Shown: positions 51,340 to 62,018, counted from the first letter of the stretch. The stretch is DNA of 64,000 nt from an uncultured delta proteobacterium (GCA_963736855.1 CAVTQK010000013.1:32001-96000), one strand, 5' to 3'. The notes: generated by a model not told the origin, from the letters alone. A program made the numbers and translations.

Positions 51340-51609
51340 ATGAATCCCGTGATTTTTCCCATCGAAGACGTGCTCGATCTGCACACCTTCCGACCCGAAG
51401 AGGTGAGCTCGCTTTTAGAAGATTACTTTTTCGCGTGCATCGAGGCCGGAATCTATTCGGTCCGGATTATCCATGGAAAGGGAAAGGGAACCCTGAAAAA
51501 CCGCGTCCTGCATCTCTTGGAAAGAGACCCCCGGGTGATATCTTACGGAGATGCGCCTCTGGATGCCGGCGGCTGGGGCGCCACTATCGTCCAATTTAAA
51601 CCGAAATAG
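51340..51609 (+). CDS. Smr/MutS2 C-terminal domain protein
   Basis: LDLH, RIIHGKGKG.L, GGWGAT. Confidence 0.9.
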   Translation: MNPVIFPIEDVLDLHTFRPEEVSSLLEDYFFACIEAGIYSVRIIHGKGKGTLKNRVLHLLERDPRVISYGDAPLDAGGWGATIVQFKPK

Positions 51610-51623
51610 GCGGCTTTGTTGTC

Positions 51624-53579
51624 TCAATCCTCCTGCAGTTCCCTCAGCCCGGCATAGAAGTCGAGGGCTTCCGGATTTCTCAGCGCATCCTTATTGAGAA
51701 CCGGCTGGCCGTGGACCGTTTTTCTGACTGCGAGTTCCACTTTTTTCATATTCAGGGTATAGGGGATGTCCGGTACCGCCAGGATCTTGGCAGGAACATG
51801 CCGCGGCGATGCGTTCGTTCGGATGGTCTTTTTGATCTTGTCCTTCAGCGCATCGGTCAATTCGAACTTCGGTGCCAGCTTGACGAACAGGATGACCCGC
51901 ACATCATTTTTCCAGTTTTGTCCCACCACGATGCTGTCCTCGATTTCCTCCAACTGTTCCACCTGGCGGTAGATCTCGGCTGTTCCGATGCGCACCCCGC
52001 CTGGATTCAATGTGGCATCGGATCGTCCATATATAACCACTCCGCCGTATTCGGTGATCTCGATGTAGTCCCCGTGGCGCCAGATACCGGGATACACGTC
52101 AAAATAGGCGTCATGATACTTTTTCCCGTCCGGATCTTCCCAGAAATAGATGGGCATGGAGGGAAACGCCGCTGTGCAGACCAGTTCCCCCTGCCGGTTG
52201 ATGACCGGCTTCCCCTGTTCGTCGAAGGCTTCCACCTTCATCGCCAACCCCCTGCACTGGAGTTCACCCGCATAGACCGGACCCATGGGATTGCCGAGGG
52301 CAAAACACCCGTTCAAATCGGTGCCGCCCGAGATGGAAGCCAGTTGGAGGTCCGACTTGATATCCCGGTACACAAACTCGAACCCTTCCACGGAAAGAGG
52401 CGACCCGGTGGAAAGGATCGTCCGCAAAGAAGAGAGATCGCATTCACGTTCCGGCTTGACCCCGGCGTTCTGGAGAGCGGCAAGGTATCCCGCGCTGGTT
52501 CCGAAGATCGTGATCTTTTCATCCTCGGCCATCTCCCAAAGGGTCCCCGGGTGAGGATGAAACGGATTTCCGTCAAAAAGCACCAGGCTGGCCCCTAGGG
52601 CAAGGGAACTGTTCAGCCAGTTCCACATCATCCATCCGCAGGTGGTAAAATAGAAAATAGTGTCCTGACGCTTCAAATCAGTGTGCAGCATCAGCTCCTT
52701 GATGTGGTGGATGAGGATCCCTCCGGCGCTTTGCACCATGCACTTGGGAAGTCCGGTGGTCCCGGAAGAATACATGATGTACAAGGGGTGCTCGAAGGGC
52801 ATTTGCTCAAAGGCAATTTCCAGGTTGTTCCCGGCAGACTTGAAATCGGCGTAATGGACGCTATTGGGAACGTGATGGATCTTTGGGTTTTCCTGGGTAT
52901 ACGGCACCACCACGACCCTTTCAACGGAAGGCAGCGACTTCATGATCTCTGCGATCCTTTCCAGGGAGTCGATCCGGTTCCCCTTGAAAGAATAGCCGTC
53001 TGCGGTGAAGAGCACTTTGGGTTTGATCTGTCCGAACCGATCCAAAACCCCTTTGATGCCGAAATCGGGGGAACAAGACGACCAGACAGCCCCAAGACTG
53101 GCGGCAGCGAGCATGGCGATGGTGGAATGAGGCATGTTGGGCATAAATCCCACCACCCGATCCCCCGGCCTGACACCGGCTTCCTTCAAGCTGAACGCCA
53201 CCCGGGCCACTTCATCATAGAGTTCGGCATAGGTCATTTTCACGGAAGGCCGGCCTTCTCCCTTGAAGATCAAAGAGGTCCGGTTATCTCGATATCGAAG
53301 CAGATTTTCGGCAAAATTGAGACGCGCTCCGGAAAACCATTGGGCTCCGGGCATCTTCTTGACATCGTCTACCACCCGATCATACGGCTTGGAGGCGATA
53401 ATTCCGGCAAAGTCCCATAAACTCGCCCAGAAAGCCGGAATATGATCGATGGACCACTGATACAGGGCGTTGAAATCGTGGAGATTGTGGCCGAATCGTT
53501 CATTGACGAACTGAATGAACCGATACATGTTGCTGGCCTTCACCCGATCTTCGGTAGGCTTCCATAGCATCTTTCCCAT
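51624..53579 (-). CDS. Acetoacetate-CoA ligase
   Basis: WF.GARLNFAENLL, SCSPDFG, YSSGTTGLPKC, GWMMWNW, SGGTD, GRSDATLNPGGVRIGTAEIY. Confidence 0.93.
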   Translation of the reverse strand: MGKMLWKPTEDRVKASNMYRFIQFVNERFGHNLHDFNALYQWSIDHIPAFWASLWDFAGIIASKPYDRVVDDVKKMPGAQWFSGARLNFAENLLRYRDNRTSLIFKGEGRPSVKMTYAELYDEVARVAFSLKEAGVRPGDRVVGFMPNMPHSTIAMLAAASLGAVWSSCSPDFGIKGVLDRFGQIKPKVLFTADGYSFKGNRIDSLERIAEIMKSLPSVERVVVVPYTQENPKIHHVPNSVHYADFKSAGNNLEIAFEQMPFEHPLYIMYSSGTTGLPKCMVQSAGGILIHHIKELMLHTDLKRQDTIFYFTTCGWMMWNWLNSSLALGASLVLFDGNPFHPHPGTLWEMAEDEKITIFGTSAGYLAALQNAGVKPERECDLSSLRTILSTGSPLSVEGFEFVYRDIKSDLQLASISGGTDLNGCFALGNPMGPVYAGELQCRGLAMKVEAFDEQGKPVINRQGELVCTAAFPSMPIYFWEDPDGKKYHDAYFDVYPGIWRHGDYIEITEYGGVVIYGRSDATLNPGGVRIGTAEIYRQVEQLEEIEDSIVVGQNWKNDVRVILFVKLAPKFELTDALKDKIKKTIRTNASPRHVPAKILAVPDIPYTLNMKKVELAVRKTVHGQPVLNKDALRNPEALDFYAGLRELQED

Positions 53580-53757
53580 GGGAGTTTTCCTTGCTATTTC
53601 TTTTTTCCGGCTCTTATTTTCTTCTCTTTTTCTAAGAAGCTATTTGTGTGGACTATAGGTAATAAAAACCTGAAAAGTCAAATTAAAAGGCCTGCGGACA
53701 TTGTCGGTTTAATGGTTTTTACGTCTTGAAAACAAAGCTGAAAAACGATCTGCGGGT

Positions 53758-55008
53758 TTAGGAGGTTGCGTGTTTCCCCGGACCTCGGGAAGTCAGACGA
53801 TTGATAAAAAACGGACCGGTTGCGCATCCGGCCGCCATGACGATAAAGCCCAGTCCCCAGGCCAAAACGCCTCCGTTGAACAAATCCAGCACCGGTCCGA
53901 TGGAAAGGGGCCCGAGAAAAGCCGCACCGAACCCCAACGTGGAATGAACGGCAAGAGTAGCACCCCGGTAATTTTTCGGCGCCGCCCCGACGGCCCCGGC
54001 GGTCAGGGAGGCGGAATCGGCGGTCACGGTAATACCATAAAGCATCGCCAAAAAGACTACGAATAAATAGGGCATCGCGGCCGTAAACCCGATGCAAGCG
54101 CCGAGAAGGGCCGATATGATCATCACGCCTTTGACTACTCTCGGCCTCCCGAGCCGCCGCGCCAGCTCATTTCCGCCTATGCTGGCCGGAAGCCCGATGA
54201 GGTTGACCCAAAAGGCAACCTGAGTGGGACTCAATATCCACATCCCCCGAGGTTGTAATTTGACGGAAAAGACCAGAAATGCCACGATCCAAGAACGGAG
54301 AGAAAACAGTTCCCACATGTGGGCGGCATACGCCAGCACATAGGCCATAGCCGGCCGGCACCGAAGAACCACCCCGAAGTCTTTGAAGAGGGCTCTCTCT
54401 TTTTGTCTGCTGACCCTTGCCCCGGGTACATAGAAAAGGAGAATAACCATGGCCAGGGCAGTGGTCCCGGCAGAAGCGGCGAAGGCTGCCCGCCATCCGA
54501 AAGCGGCGTTGATTTCGCCTGCCATCAGGTACGACAGGCTCGCCCCGATGCTGAAGCTGGCGGTGTAAAACGAGACAAACCGGCTCTGGAGTTCTCCTTC
54601 CGTATGATCGCTGACCACCTTGAGCCCCGGCATGTAGATACCGGCGAGGCTCCCACCTGCCAAAACCCGGAGCAAAAGAGCGGACCAGAAACCGGAGGCA
54701 AGGACGGAATATCCCATAGCCGTCAGAATCCCGAGAAACGTTCCCGCGCCCATGACTTTACGGGCGTCCAGCCGGTCCGTGATACCGGCCAAAACCGGCA
54801 CGGAAAGCATGTACCCCCCATAGTACGCTGCGCTGATCCACCCGGCCTCCGTGTGGCTTAAATTCCACAAACTTTGAAAATCCGGTAGAAGCGCCGGAAA
54901 AGTGGCAATCGGAGCTAAACCGAGAATCTCTGCCAGGCATACCAGGAAGGTGACGCCGTAGGGGGATGTGGTTTTCATCCTCCGGTTCATTAGCGGCATG
55001 TGGTCCAA
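53758..55008 (-). CDS. MFS transporter
   Basis: Twelve hydrophobic segments; G.TDR.D.R motif A-like; YMPG.K; HMWEL. Confidence 0.88.
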   Translation of the reverse strand: MDHMPLMNRRMKTTSPYGVTFLVCLAEILGLAPIATFPALLPDFQSLWNLSHTEAGWISAAYYGGYMLSVPVLAGITDRLDARKVMGAGTFLGILTAMGYSVLASGFWSALLLRVLAGGSLAGIYMPGLKVVSDHTEGELQSRFVSFYTASFSIGASLSYLMAGEINAAFGWRAAFAASAGTTALAMVILLFYVPGARVSRQKERALFKDFGVVLRCRPAMAYVLAYAAHMWELFSLRSWIVAFLVFSVKLQPRGMWILSPTQVAFWVNLIGLPASIGGNELARRLGRPRVVKGVMIISALLGACIGFTAAMPYLFVVFLAMLYGITVTADSASLTAGAVGAAPKNYRGATLAVHSTLGFGAAFLGPLSIGPVLDLFNGGVLAWGLGFIVMAAGCATGPFFINRLTSRGPGKHATS

Positions 55009-55172
55009 ATGGCAAGCTGAAAAGAGGCGGGATCATTCCAATGACGGAAAATTTTAGAGAAGAAAAAGCCGGCCCCCGCTTTCCCTTGGGCACAAGGTCA
55101 ATAACACAGGTGACGGGAACCGGCTTGCATCCTCTCCGCATCAAACGGGATTTGATCCAAACCGGCCTGGCA

Positions 55173-55625
55173 CTATGAAGATCGGAAAGGGTTGATCAAC
55201 AGGACCGGCACAGGGGAGTCCTGTGAGACACGACGGGCCACGGAGCCGAATAGCACTCTGTTGAGCCCTTTTCTTCCGTGGGTCCCCATGATGACCAGAT
55301 CAATCCCTTTTGCCTCGATGTACTTCAGGATCTCGTCCGCACAGTATCCCGTGACCACCTCGACGCCGACCTCTTTAAGGTTCGAAAAATAGGTTTGTCG
55401 AAACTCCTCGAGCTGCTTTTTCGCTGCCTCCGAAATCTCCTTTTCAAACAGGTCCAGGGAAGGATGGGGAATATAGCTGCTCTCAAAGTATTCGAATACT
55501 CGGGCAATATGCAACAAATTGACTCTTGCCTCGAATTTTTGCGCCATGGTGATCACATAGGGAACGACCTTTATCGAGGCCTCGGAAAGATCTACCGGGA
55601 AAAGCATCTTTTTGAAACCTTTCAT
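55173..55625 (-). CDS. Universal stress protein
   Basis: PVDLS, DLVIMGTHGRKG, FGSVA..V...SP.PVL. Confidence 0.93.
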   Translation of the reverse strand: MKGFKKMLFPVDLSEASIKVVPYVITMAQKFEARVNLLHIARVFEYFESSYIPHPSLDLFEKEISEAAKKQLEEFRQTYFSNLKEVGVEVVTGYCADEILKYIEAKGIDLVIMGTHGRKGLNRVLFGSVARRVSQDSPVPVLLINPFRSS

Positions 55626-55674
55626 CTTTTTCCTCCTTTGACCCTGGATGTAAGGTTGAACTCGTGTTGCGGCA

Positions 55675-56115
55675 TCATTTGATCTTAATTTCAGCGGCTT
55701 TGGGTTTTACCTCTCGGCTCTTGGGTACCTGCAGGTTTAATATCCCGTCTTTAAACGACGCCTCTATCTTGGTATCGTCCACATTCTCCGGAAGTGTAAA
55801 GCTTCTGGTAAAACTGCCGTAGAAGCGTTCGATACGGTGATATTTCTTCCCTTTTTCCTCTTTTTCCTGTTTTCTTTCTCCCCGAATGGTTAAAACGCCG
55901 TTATCCACGGTCACCTTGACGTCTTCCTTTTTCACCTCCGGGATTTCGGCTTTGATGACAAATTCCTTTTCGGTCTCCGCGATATCCACCCGCGGCGTCC
56001 AGTCTCCGGTGGTCATAACCTCTTGACTTGCCTGCCTCGGCCATCCGACGGCTTTGGTGTATCGATCCACCATGTCTTCGATTTCACGAAACGGATCCCA
56101 TTTTACGATTGCCAT
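55675..56115 (-). CDS. Hsp20/alpha-crystallin small heat-shock protein
   Basis: W.PRVDI.E, GVLTIRGER, ER.YGSF.RSF.LP, A.FKDG.L. Confidence 0.95.
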   Translation of the reverse strand: MAIVKWDPFREIEDMVDRYTKAVGWPRQASQEVMTTGDWTPRVDIAETEKEFVIKAEIPEVKKEDVKVTVDNGVLTIRGERKQEKEEKGKKYHRIERFYGSFTRSFTLPENVDDTKIEASFKDGILNLQVPKSREVKPKAAEIKIK

Positions 56116-56130
56116 GCTGTACCTCCTTTT

Positions 56131-56352
56131 CTATAGGATTTTTTCCTGACTGTTTCGATTCAGCCTGGCAGCCTCTTTGAAACAGGCCTCCCTGAAACAA
56201 CAGCCGAACTGGTCGCAAAAATCGACTACCGTTGCAAAACAGTCGAAGTGTCCCTGCTTTCGTTGGATCTCCCTTACCAGGACCACTTTGGATTTGCCGA
56301 AGGCATTGATGCCAACGTCCTTTGCCATCTTTCGGATTTCATTCATGTTCAT
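56131..56352 (-). CDS. Small SAP/Rho-N-like domain protein with Cys cluster
   Basis: EIRKMAK..GI.....K..LVREIQ..G..DCF...C.Q..CCFR..C. Confidence 0.7.
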   Translation of the reverse strand: MNMNEIRKMAKDVGINAFGKSKVVLVREIQRKQGHFDCFATVVDFCDQFGCCFREACFKEAARLNRNSQEKIL

Positions 56353-56456
56353 GTTTTTTACTCCGGGTCAAAAAATTTTAAGATCCGTTGCGGGTGGGTT
56401 TGCTGAAATGTACCAATTTTTTTATCATCTGAACGATTGGTCTTACACCACAAATA

Positions 56457-56472
56457 AGCAAAACGGATGCCA
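56457..56472 (-). promoter_or_regulatory. Sigma54 (-24/-12) promoter
   Basis: Minus strand TGGCAT-CCGTT-TTGCT, ~105 bp upstream of the SAP-hsp20-usp genes. Confidence 0.65.
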
Positions 56473-56847
56473 AACTTACTATTCTCAATTATATCGAATA
56501 GATATTAAAAAAGAGAGGGCTTAGAATATCCGAATAATAAGACATAATGAAATATATTGAATGACTCAAAATAATACATTATGACACAATTATTAGGAAA
56601 AACGAGGAATTTAAAAATCAGATCCTGATAAATATTACAATAAGTATGAATAAAGAAAAATCAACCAACTCTTGCTCATTGTATGGATGGCATAATCGCT
56701 TCGTTTCATACAAGGTCCTAATATAGCAGCTCAGACACTGAATTGAATATCCGGTTTGCCCTTGCACCCCCCAGTCAATTATGCAATCAAAAGCACATAT
56801 CATCGCTTTCAGAATATCCAAAACCGCCTCCGGAAAGGAGCATATTC

Positions 56848-57882
56848 ATGCAACTTATCGATCTGCGATCGGATACCGTCACCCTGCCTACACCAAGCAT
56901 GCGGCAAGCCATGTTCAGCGCCGAGGTCGGGGATGATGTCTTTGGAGAGGATCCGACGATCAAACGCCTGGAAGAAATGGCCGCCCGCAGAATGGGGAAA
57001 GAGGCGGCGCTCTTTGTGGCTTCCGGAACCATGGCCAACATCATCTCCCAGTTGGTCCACTGCGGACGCGGAGATGAAATGATCCTGGGGGACCAGGCCC
57101 ACATCTTCTGGTACGAGCAGGGCGGTTCGGCGGCCTTGGGGGGGATTCATCCCCGAACGGTGAAAAATCAACGGGATGGTACCCTGGCTCTGGAGGACAT
57201 CGAAGCAGCCATCCGCCCCGATAACGTGCATTTCCCCAGAACTCGCCTGATCGTGCTGGAGAACACCCACAACCGGTGTGATGGCAGCCCCATCGGCCCG
57301 GATTATATGGAAGCGGTGGCAGATCTTGCCCGGCGTTTTGACCTGAAAATCCACATGGACGGCGCCCGGATTTTCAATGCCGCCATTGCCCTGGGAGTCG
57401 ACCCCAAGGACCTGACCCGGTACGCCGACTCCGTCTCATTTTGTCTTAGCAAAGGGCTGGGGGCCCCTGCCGGCTCTCTGATCTGCGGGTCAAACACCTT
57501 CATCACCCAGGCAAGGCGGGTAAGGAAAGTGCTTGGGGGAGGCATGCGGCAGGCCGGGGTCCTGGCGGCAGCCGGTATCATCGCTTTGACGGAGATGGTG
57601 GACCGCCTGGCAGACGACCACGAAAATGCCCACGCTCTAGCAGTGGGTTTGTCCCGAATCAATGGAATCTCCATCGATCCTGAGCGGATTAAAACGAATA
57701 TCGTCTATTTCGGGATCATCCAGAAGGATTTGTCCCCGCTTCAGGTTTGCGAGAAACTGAATGCCGCCGGGGTCCGGGTCCTTCCCGCCGACTCCCGCCG
57801 ACTTAGGGCAGTCACCCATTACCCCATCACAAAAGCAGACATCGAGGCCGCCCTGGAAGCCGTCGCTTCAGTCATGAACTAG
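56848..57882 (+). CDS. ltaE: Low-specificity L-threonine aldolase
   Basis: DLRSDTVT.P, VGDDV.GEDP, SGTMAN, LENTHN, HMDGARIFNA, CLSKGLGAP; AAGGAG RBS before ATG 56848. Confidence 0.93.
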   Translation: MQLIDLRSDTVTLPTPSMRQAMFSAEVGDDVFGEDPTIKRLEEMAARRMGKEAALFVASGTMANIISQLVHCGRGDEMILGDQAHIFWYEQGGSAALGGIHPRTVKNQRDGTLALEDIEAAIRPDNVHFPRTRLIVLENTHNRCDGSPIGPDYMEAVADLARRFDLKIHMDGARIFNAAIALGVDPKDLTRYADSVSFCLSKGLGAPAGSLICGSNTFITQARRVRKVLGGGMRQAGVLAAAGIIALTEMVDRLADDHENAHALAVGLSRINGISIDPERIKTNIVYFGIIQKDLSPLQVCEKLNAAGVRVLPADSRRLRAVTHYPITKADIEAALEAVASVMN

Positions 57883-59135
57883 TGCTTGAAACTGCGCTGG
57901 CCTGTAAAGACCATGGTGACGTTCGCCTCGTTGCACGCCTCGATGGATTGGTAGTCGTTTTCCGAACCTCCCGGCTGAATTACGCAGGAAATCCCTTCCC
58001 GGATCCCTACATCCACACCGTCCCTGAACGGAAAAAAAGCATCGCTCACCATGGCCGAACCGATCAGCCCCCCTTTTTCCCGGGCTACCTTGGTGTCGAT
58101 TTCCGCTTTCTTTTCAGGGTCCTTGAGATCGTTGTAAGGTATTTTAAACATCTCAAAAGCGTACCGGTCGGCAAGCTTTCGATAGGCCTTATCCCGGGCG
58201 ATCTCCGCCACGCCCACACGATCCTGTTCACCGGTTCCGATCCCCACGGTCACCTGATCTTTCACATAGAGGACTGAGTTGGAAGTCACCCCGGCTTCCA
58301 CCAACCACCCGAAAAGCATGTCATCGAACTCCTGCTGGGTGGGCTCGCGTCTGATCCGGTAGGTTTTTCCTTTGTAATCGCAGGATGCCAGGGTCAGATC
58401 TTCCTTTGCCCGGGCCTTTGGAAGATAGGACCATTGGGTGATTATGCCGCCGTCCATGAGGCATTTGAACTCCACGGTTCGTGCATTTGCAAAATCGGCC
58501 AGACCCGCCATATTCGCAATCCGGATTACCCTCAAGTTCTTCTTTTTTCCGAAAAGACCCATGACACCCGCTTCAAAATCAGGAGCCACGACGACTTCCG
58601 CATACTGATTGAAGATCGCCTCCGCGGTTACCCGGTCCACCGGCCGGTTGAGGGCGATACACCCCCCGAAAGCAGCCACCCGATCCGCAAGATTCGCCTT
58701 GATGTATGCCTCTTCCAGGGAATCGGCCCGGGCCACCCCGCATGGGTTGTTGTGCTTGACGATGACCGCCGTTGGCCGGTCCATAAAATACCGCAGGATG
58801 TTGAGAGCATTATCCGCATCCGTTAGGTTGGTCTTTCCGGGGTGCTTTCCGGACTGCAGCAACTCCGGGTCGGAGGCGAGATACCGTCCGGGCTGAAGGG
58901 TTTGGGCATCCCCCAGTACCAGATTCCCATGGATGAGTTTATAAAGGGCGGCCTCCTGTCCCGGATTTTCACCGTATCTCAACCCCTTCTTCTCTCCCTC
59001 GATGGTCCATCCCACCTTTTCATAAACCAGTTTCTGGGTTTTTTGGTCGTCAATGAAGCGAATCTCCATTTTTTCGGGAAAATGATCCCCCAGGATGGTC
59101 TTGTACATCTTTTTCAGATCATCAGGCATATTCAT
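57879..59135 (-). CDS. AICAR transformylase-type PurH C-terminal domain protein (no N-terminal IMP cyclohydrolase domain)
   Basis: LRYGENP.Q.A, VKHNNPCG, AFGG, GIGTG.Q.RV, SDAFFPF.DG, QPGGS, R.FKH. Confidence 0.85.
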   Translation of the reverse strand: MNMPDDLKKMYKTILGDHFPEKMEIRFIDDQKTQKLVYEKVGWTIEGEKKGLRYGENPGQEAALYKLIHGNLVLGDAQTLQPGRYLASDPELLQSGKHPGKTNLTDADNALNILRYFMDRPTAVIVKHNNPCGVARADSLEEAYIKANLADRVAAFGGCIALNRPVDRVTAEAIFNQYAEVVVAPDFEAGVMGLFGKKKNLRVIRIANMAGLADFANARTVEFKCLMDGGIITQWSYLPKARAKEDLTLASCDYKGKTYRIRREPTQQEFDDMLFGWLVEAGVTSNSVLYVKDQVTVGIGTGEQDRVGVAEIARDKAYRKLADRYAFEMFKIPYNDLKDPEKKAEIDTKVAREKGGLIGSAMVSDAFFPFRDGVDVGIREGISCVIQPGGSENDYQSIEACNEANVTMVFTGQRSFKH

Positions 59136-59153
59136 CTCCTTCTAAGAATAAGG

Positions 59154-60131
59154 TTATGGAATGAGGATCGTGGATCCTGTAGTTTTTCGGCTTTCAAGAT
59201 CCGCATGGGCTCTGGCAACCTTCTCGAGAGGATAGGCTTGACCGATATTGATATGAACCGCGCCGCTTTGCACCACTGCAAAAAGATCCCGGGCGTGGGC
59301 AAGCAAGTCCTCCCGTTTCTGGGTATAGGTCATAAGGGTGGGACGAGTCAAAAAAAGGGACCCTTTGGCGGCAAGAATCGATATATCAAAAGGACCGATT
59401 GCCCCGGAGGCCTGCCCGAAGGAAACCATCGTCCCCAATGGCCGCAGGCAGTCGAGGGACTTGTAGAAGGTGGACTTGCCGATGCCGTCATAGACCACGT
59501 CCACTCCCTGCCCGTTCGTGATCTCTCTGGTGCGATCCGCAAAATCCTCCTTCGTGTAAACAATGGGAAAGTCGCATCCGCACTCCTTGGCCCGTTCGGC
59601 CTTTTCCCCGGACCCCACCGTTCCGATGACCGTCGCCCCTAAATGCTTGGCCCACTGACAGACGAGCTGTCCTACGCCGCCGGCTGCGGCATGCATGAGG
59701 ATCCGGTCTCCTGCCTTGACCGGGTAACACCCCTTTAAAAGATATCTTGCCGTCATCCCCCGCAGCATCATGCCGGCTGCCTGGCGGGCGGGAATTGCAT
59801 CCGGAAGTTTAACTAGCCGATGAGAAGGGATGCGCCGAACCTCGGCGTAAGCACCCAGAGGCATGCCCGCATAGGCCACACGATCCCCCGGGGCAACCTC
59901 TTGAACGCCTTCGCCCACCGCCTCCACAATACCGGCCCCCTCCATGCCGAGGATGGCGGGCAACCCCGGAACCGGATAAAGGCCGGTTCGATGATAGATA
60001 TCGATGAAATTTACCCCGATGGCTTCATGACGCACCAGGGCCTCGCCTGCCTGCGGCGGGCCCGGATCATCGGTTTGAAGATGCATCACCTCCGGGCCTC
60101 CGGGTTGCCGGATCCAAATTGCTTTACCCAT
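59154..60131 (-). CDS. qor: NADPH:quinone oxidoreductase (zeta-crystallin/Qor family)
   Basis: GGPEV, GVNFIDIY.R.GLY, HAAAGGVG, VYDG.G, SFGQASG, KGSLFLTRP. Confidence 0.92.
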   Translation of the reverse strand: MGKAIWIRQPGGPEVMHLQTDDPGPPQAGEALVRHEAIGVNFIDIYHRTGLYPVPGLPAILGMEGAGIVEAVGEGVQEVAPGDRVAYAGMPLGAYAEVRRIPSHRLVKLPDAIPARQAAGMMLRGMTARYLLKGCYPVKAGDRILMHAAAGGVGQLVCQWAKHLGATVIGTVGSGEKAERAKECGCDFPIVYTKEDFADRTREITNGQGVDVVYDGIGKSTFYKSLDCLRPLGTMVSFGQASGAIGPFDISILAAKGSLFLTRPTLMTYTQKREDLLAHARDLFAVVQSGAVHINIGQAYPLEKVARAHADLESRKTTGSTILIP

Positions 60132-60154
60132 CGTGAATCTCCTTCGATCAGATA

Positions 60155-60796
60155 TTACTCTCCATACAGGACCGCAATGATGGTGGCTTTTTCCTTTTTG
60201 GCCGCAATGAAATGAGGCGTGGTGGACAGATAATAGGCGCTGTCGCCGGGAAACAGATCAAAGGTATCCCCTGCAATCTTTAGAGCCACTGCGCCATCGA
60301 GGACATAGATGAACTCCTCTCCCTCGTGCACGGAGATCTCTTCTTCCGGGTTTTCCTCGAGCTGGACGATGAGAGCCTCCATGTGGCGGCCTTTGACTTC
60401 CGGGGCCAGGCTCTTATAGGTATAGACCTTCTTTTTTCCTTTTTGAGATGTGGAGCGGGAAACAATTTTTTGCTCGTCTTTTCGGGTAATGGAATACAGC
60501 TTGCTTCCCACACCCGACACCAACCTTCCGAATGCGCTGTCAAGGGCTTTGGAAAGCTTGATGAGGGTACCTAACTGCGGCTGCAGCTTATCCGACTCGA
60601 TATTGTCTAAAAACTCCGTGTCATAGCCGGTCATCCGGGACAGCTCTTCCAGTGAAAGCCCTTTTTCCTGCCTCAGTGTTCGAATCCGAATTCCGATCTT
60701 TTCCGCCTCTTTGGAGGCTGCACCGGCGATCTCACCGGTCAAATCTTTAAAAAAATCCACGTGGCTGTGGGTTTTATGGTCTTTTTTTTCCATCAT
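60155..60796 (-). CDS. XRE-family HTH / cupin transcriptional regulator
   Basis: IG.RIR.LR...LSLEELS HTH; HEGEEFIYVL.G...GDS.Y...PH cupin. Confidence 0.9.
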   Translation of the reverse strand: MMEKKDHKTHSHVDFFKDLTGEIAGAASKEAEKIGIRIRTLRQEKGLSLEELSRMTGYDTEFLDNIESDKLQPQLGTLIKLSKALDSAFGRLVSGVGSKLYSITRKDEQKIVSRSTSQKGKKKVYTYKSLAPEVKGRHMEALIVQLEENPEEEISVHEGEEFIYVLDGAVALKIAGDTFDLFPGDSAYYLSTTPHFIAAKKEKATIIAVLYGE

Positions 60797-60860
60797 CTTC
60801 TCCTTGCTCCGTTTGATGAAAGCAGAATCGGTTTTAGGATGCAAATGTGCCGTCGATTGC

Positions 60861-62018
60861 CTACATGCACCTTGCTCCGATATGCCGGGCAATGACAATC
60901 CTCTGGACCTCTGACGTTCCTTCACCGATTTCCAGAAGCTTCTGATCCCGGTAAAACCGTTCCACATCATATTCTTTCATGAGCCCGTACCCGCCGTGGA
61001 GCTGCACCGCGTGATTGGCGCACCGGTACATTACCTCAGAACAGTAGAGCTTGGCCATGGCAGCTTCCTTGGCAAAAGGGAGGTGGCTGTCGCACAACCA
61101 ACAGGCCTTATAGAGGAGGAGTCTCGCACATTCGATCTCCGTCGCCATATCGGCCAGCTTGAAGGCATTGACCTGGAAATTGGCGATGGGTCGGCCGAAC
61201 TGCTCCCTCTCGTTGGCATATTTCAATGCCATATCGAGACACCCCTGAGACCCTCCGAGCCCCATGGCCGCAATGGAGAGGCGACCGCCGTCCAGCGTCT
61301 TCATCATCTGGTGGAACCCCTCACCGACGGGTCCCAAAGTATTTTCCACGGGCACCCGACAATCCGTAAAATACAGTTCGCTTGTATTAGATGCGCGCCA
61401 CATCATTTTGCCGTGCATGGGCTTTGCCAGGTATCCCAGAGTTTCCCTTTCTACGAGAATGCAGGTGAGTTCGGGTTTCCCGTCCGGCCTGGTACCGGTC
61501 CGGCACAGAACGGTAACCCCTGCCGTGATGTCGGTTGACGCGTTGGTGATGAAGATTTTGCTCCCATTGATCACCCATTCGTTTCTATCTCTCACGGCCG
61601 TGGTCCGCGTGGCCATAGCATCCGAGCCGGCGTTGGGTTCGGTCAAACCGAAACCCCACAGCGTTTCCCCGCTGCATAGTTTGGGAAGATATTTCCGTTT
61701 TTGTTCTTCATTTCCGAAATAGTAAAGCGGGCTGATACCCAGAGAATTCTCTGCCGCGATGGTGGCGGCATGGGACCCATCCGCCCGGGCGATTTCTTCT
61801 ACGGCGATGATATAGGAAATGTAATCCATGCCCTGTCCGCCGTATTCTTCAGACACAAAAATGCCAAAAAGGCCGAGCTCGGCCATTTTGGCCATGGTTT
61901 CATAGGAAAATTCCTCTTTATCATCCAAAACCCTGGCAACCGGCTTGATCTCCTTTTCGGCGAAGCTACGCACCGATTCCCTCAAGATCTCCTGTTCCGT
62001 GGAAAGTTTAAAATCCAT
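60861..62018 (-). CDS. Acyl-CoA dehydrogenase
   Basis: FGLTEPNAGSDA, NGSK.FITN, REQFGRPI..FQ, QLHGGYG, EIGEGTSEVQR. Confidence 0.95.
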   Translation of the reverse strand: MDFKLSTEQEILRESVRSFAEKEIKPVARVLDDKEEFSYETMAKMAELGLFGIFVSEEYGGQGMDYISYIIAVEEIARADGSHAATIAAENSLGISPLYYFGNEEQKRKYLPKLCSGETLWGFGLTEPNAGSDAMATRTTAVRDRNEWVINGSKIFITNASTDITAGVTVLCRTGTRPDGKPELTCILVERETLGYLAKPMHGKMMWRASNTSELYFTDCRVPVENTLGPVGEGFHQMMKTLDGGRLSIAAMGLGGSQGCLDMALKYANEREQFGRPIANFQVNAFKLADMATEIECARLLLYKACWLCDSHLPFAKEAAMAKLYCSEVMYRCANHAVQLHGGYGLMKEYDVERFYRDQKLLEIGEGTSEVQRIVIARHIGARCM

